64,000 nucleotides of DNA from Okamejei kenojei (Eukaryota): the NCBI GenBank assembly GCA_035221665.1, contig CM069144.1:55614001-55678000 (forward strand). The letters run 5' to 3'. Below the pieces are notes generated by a model that was given only the letters and a program-made list of their open reading frames with translations, searched no databases and was not told the origin of the DNA. A program made the translations under genes and the position numbers. Below are positions 62,536 through 64,000 of this stretch, piece by piece (the stretch's first letter is position 1; the number at the start of each line of letters is the position of its first letter).

Positions 62536-62840
62536 AGTTTAGTTTAGTTTAGTTTAGTTTAATTTAGAGATACAGCGCGGAAACAGGTTCTTTGGCCCAC
62601 CGAATCTGTGCCAACCAGCGATCCCCGCACAGCTACACTATCCTACACTGAATAGGGACAATTTACAATTGTACCGAAGGCAATTAACCTATAGATTTGC
62701 GCGTCTTTGGAGTGTGGGAGGAAACCAGAGGACCCGGAGAAAACCCATGTGGTCACGGGGAGAACGTAAAAACTCCATACAGACACCACCTGTAGTGTGG
62801 ATCGAACCCGGATCTCTGGCACTGTAATGGTGCAACTCCA
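62536..62840 (-). mobile_element. HE1/V-SINE
   Basis: (TTTAG)n tail, V-domain, GGATCGAACCC. Confidence 0.9.
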
Positions 62841-62934
62841 AGGCAGTGGTAGAGTTGCTGCCTTACATCAACTTACCTCAACAACCAAACTTCCAGTCAC
62901 CTGAATCTATATATTTTTTGCCTCCAGCTCTTCA

Positions 62935-63056
62935 CACCCACCCCCATCCCTTACTTTCAGTCTGAAGAAAGTACCCAACCTGAACCATCATTCATTTTTT
63001 TTTCTCCAGAGATGCTGCCTATCCTGCTGCGTTACTCCAGCACATAGTGTCTATCT
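62935..63056 (+). mobile_element. Penelope pseudo-LTR
   Basis: CAGTCTGAAGAA...TCTCCAGAGATGCTGCCT...GTTACTCCAGC. Confidence 0.75.
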
Positions 63057-63761
63057 ATCCTATTATCTCCCTATGTGGGTTGATAATAAATATTGTGTGA
63101 TAATGCTTTTGTGAAACCATGGTCTTAAAGATATACAGTAATATAAAGATTACATTGCATCTATGCCAATGCTTGAGTTTTTAGCTTACTCTCCCTCTCC
63201 TTCATCTTTTCATAATCTTTTCTGAATCTGCACAAGCCAGTTTGACCTTATACTCTGGCAGATGACCTGACAATGGAGTGTATCACAACTTTGATCCAAT
63301 TGTTGCCTCCTAGCTTTTAAGGTTTTTCTTTTGCCCTTTTCATGTTTGAGAAAGCAGTGAGGAAAGATGAAATTCAAAATTCCAAACTGCCCATATTATC
63401 TGATCGAAAATATTCTGATGAGAAGTTACCAGAGCACAGCACCCTTTCAAAACTCTTCAGCAAAGGTAAAATATAAAACTCGCTAATTTGCAGGTACCAT
63501 CATTGGGTTTTCCTTTTCCTATATTTAATGATTTCTTGCTTTACCTGTTGCAGGTTTCAACAATTTTTCTGGTTAGCTTCTTGCCTGTTCCAAAGGTTGT
63601 ATTTTATTCCTTAAGCATTTTTCATCTGTTGATGCGTGGATTTTCACCGAGAGAATTGGCTTGAGGAGTGATTATGAACCAGCAATGTGAAAAGGCTTCA
63701 GCCCTGGAAACATTACACCGATTCACTCTGTTTCTCAATTTACTTCACTGAATCCAACTTA

Positions 63762-63892
63762 AGTTTAGGGCAGAGATACAGCGCGGAAACAGGCACTTCT
63801 TCCCACCGAGTCCGTGCCAACCACTCATCCAGAGAACACTATCCTACACTCTAGGGACAATTTACCAATTTTACGAAGCCAATTAATCTACA
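63762..63892 (-). mobile_element. V-SINE 3' half
   Basis: GAGATACAGCGCGGAAACAGG...GGGACAATTTAC...GCCAATTAA. Confidence 0.8.
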
Positions 63893-63995
63893 CCAACCTG
63901 ATTTCCCAGTGGCTCAGCACTTCAACTCCCCCTCCCATTCAGAATCCGACCTTTCTGTCCTGGGCCTCCTCCATGGAGAGAGTGAGGACCCTCAT
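63893..63995 (+). pseudogene. Penelope GIY-YIG endonuclease fragment
   Basis: Translates QPDFPVAQHFNSPSHSESDLSVLGLLHGESED, typical of the Penelope EN C-terminal region. Confidence 0.85.
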
Positions 63996-64000
63996 AAATC

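Noticed and set aside
63340-63640. Possible plus-strand exons (KAVRKDEIQNSKLPIL...; acceptor TGTTGCAG at ~63553)
   Set aside because: Weak or non-matching splice pairs and no recognisable protein.

Overview
Vertebrate genomic DNA, most likely an elasmobranch such as a skate or ray. This is inferred from abundant HE1/V-SINEs, HER1-type CR1 LINEs and SacSINE-like Deu-SINE relics. I recognise no host protein-coding exon, so the window looks like a long intron or intergenic region. It is densely packed with transposable elements: CR1, Rex1/Babar, L2, RTE-X and Tx1 LINE fragments, about 19 V-SINEs, about 20 Penelope-derived pseudo-LTR pieces, Harbinger-type and hAT MITEs, and a decayed but structurally complete DIRS tyrosine-recombinase retrotransposon (50980-55659). 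There is also a 5S rRNA pseudogene and an assembly gap (53986-54155). The most notable signals are RNA-structural. (1) A ~143-bp non-autonomous retroposon (44791-44933, minus strand, 8-bp TSD, Vingi-like tail) whose first 54 nt fold into a near-minimal HDV-like ribozyme starting at the element 5' end. (2) Minimal hammerhead motifs in the Penelope repeats, often as inverted pairs with 12-15 bp TSDs. (3) An apparent Penelope-mediated local transduction that copied ~180 bp of flanking DNA 7 kb away in inverted orientation. Family names are from motif recognition only, with no database search, and boundaries of old repeats are approximate.
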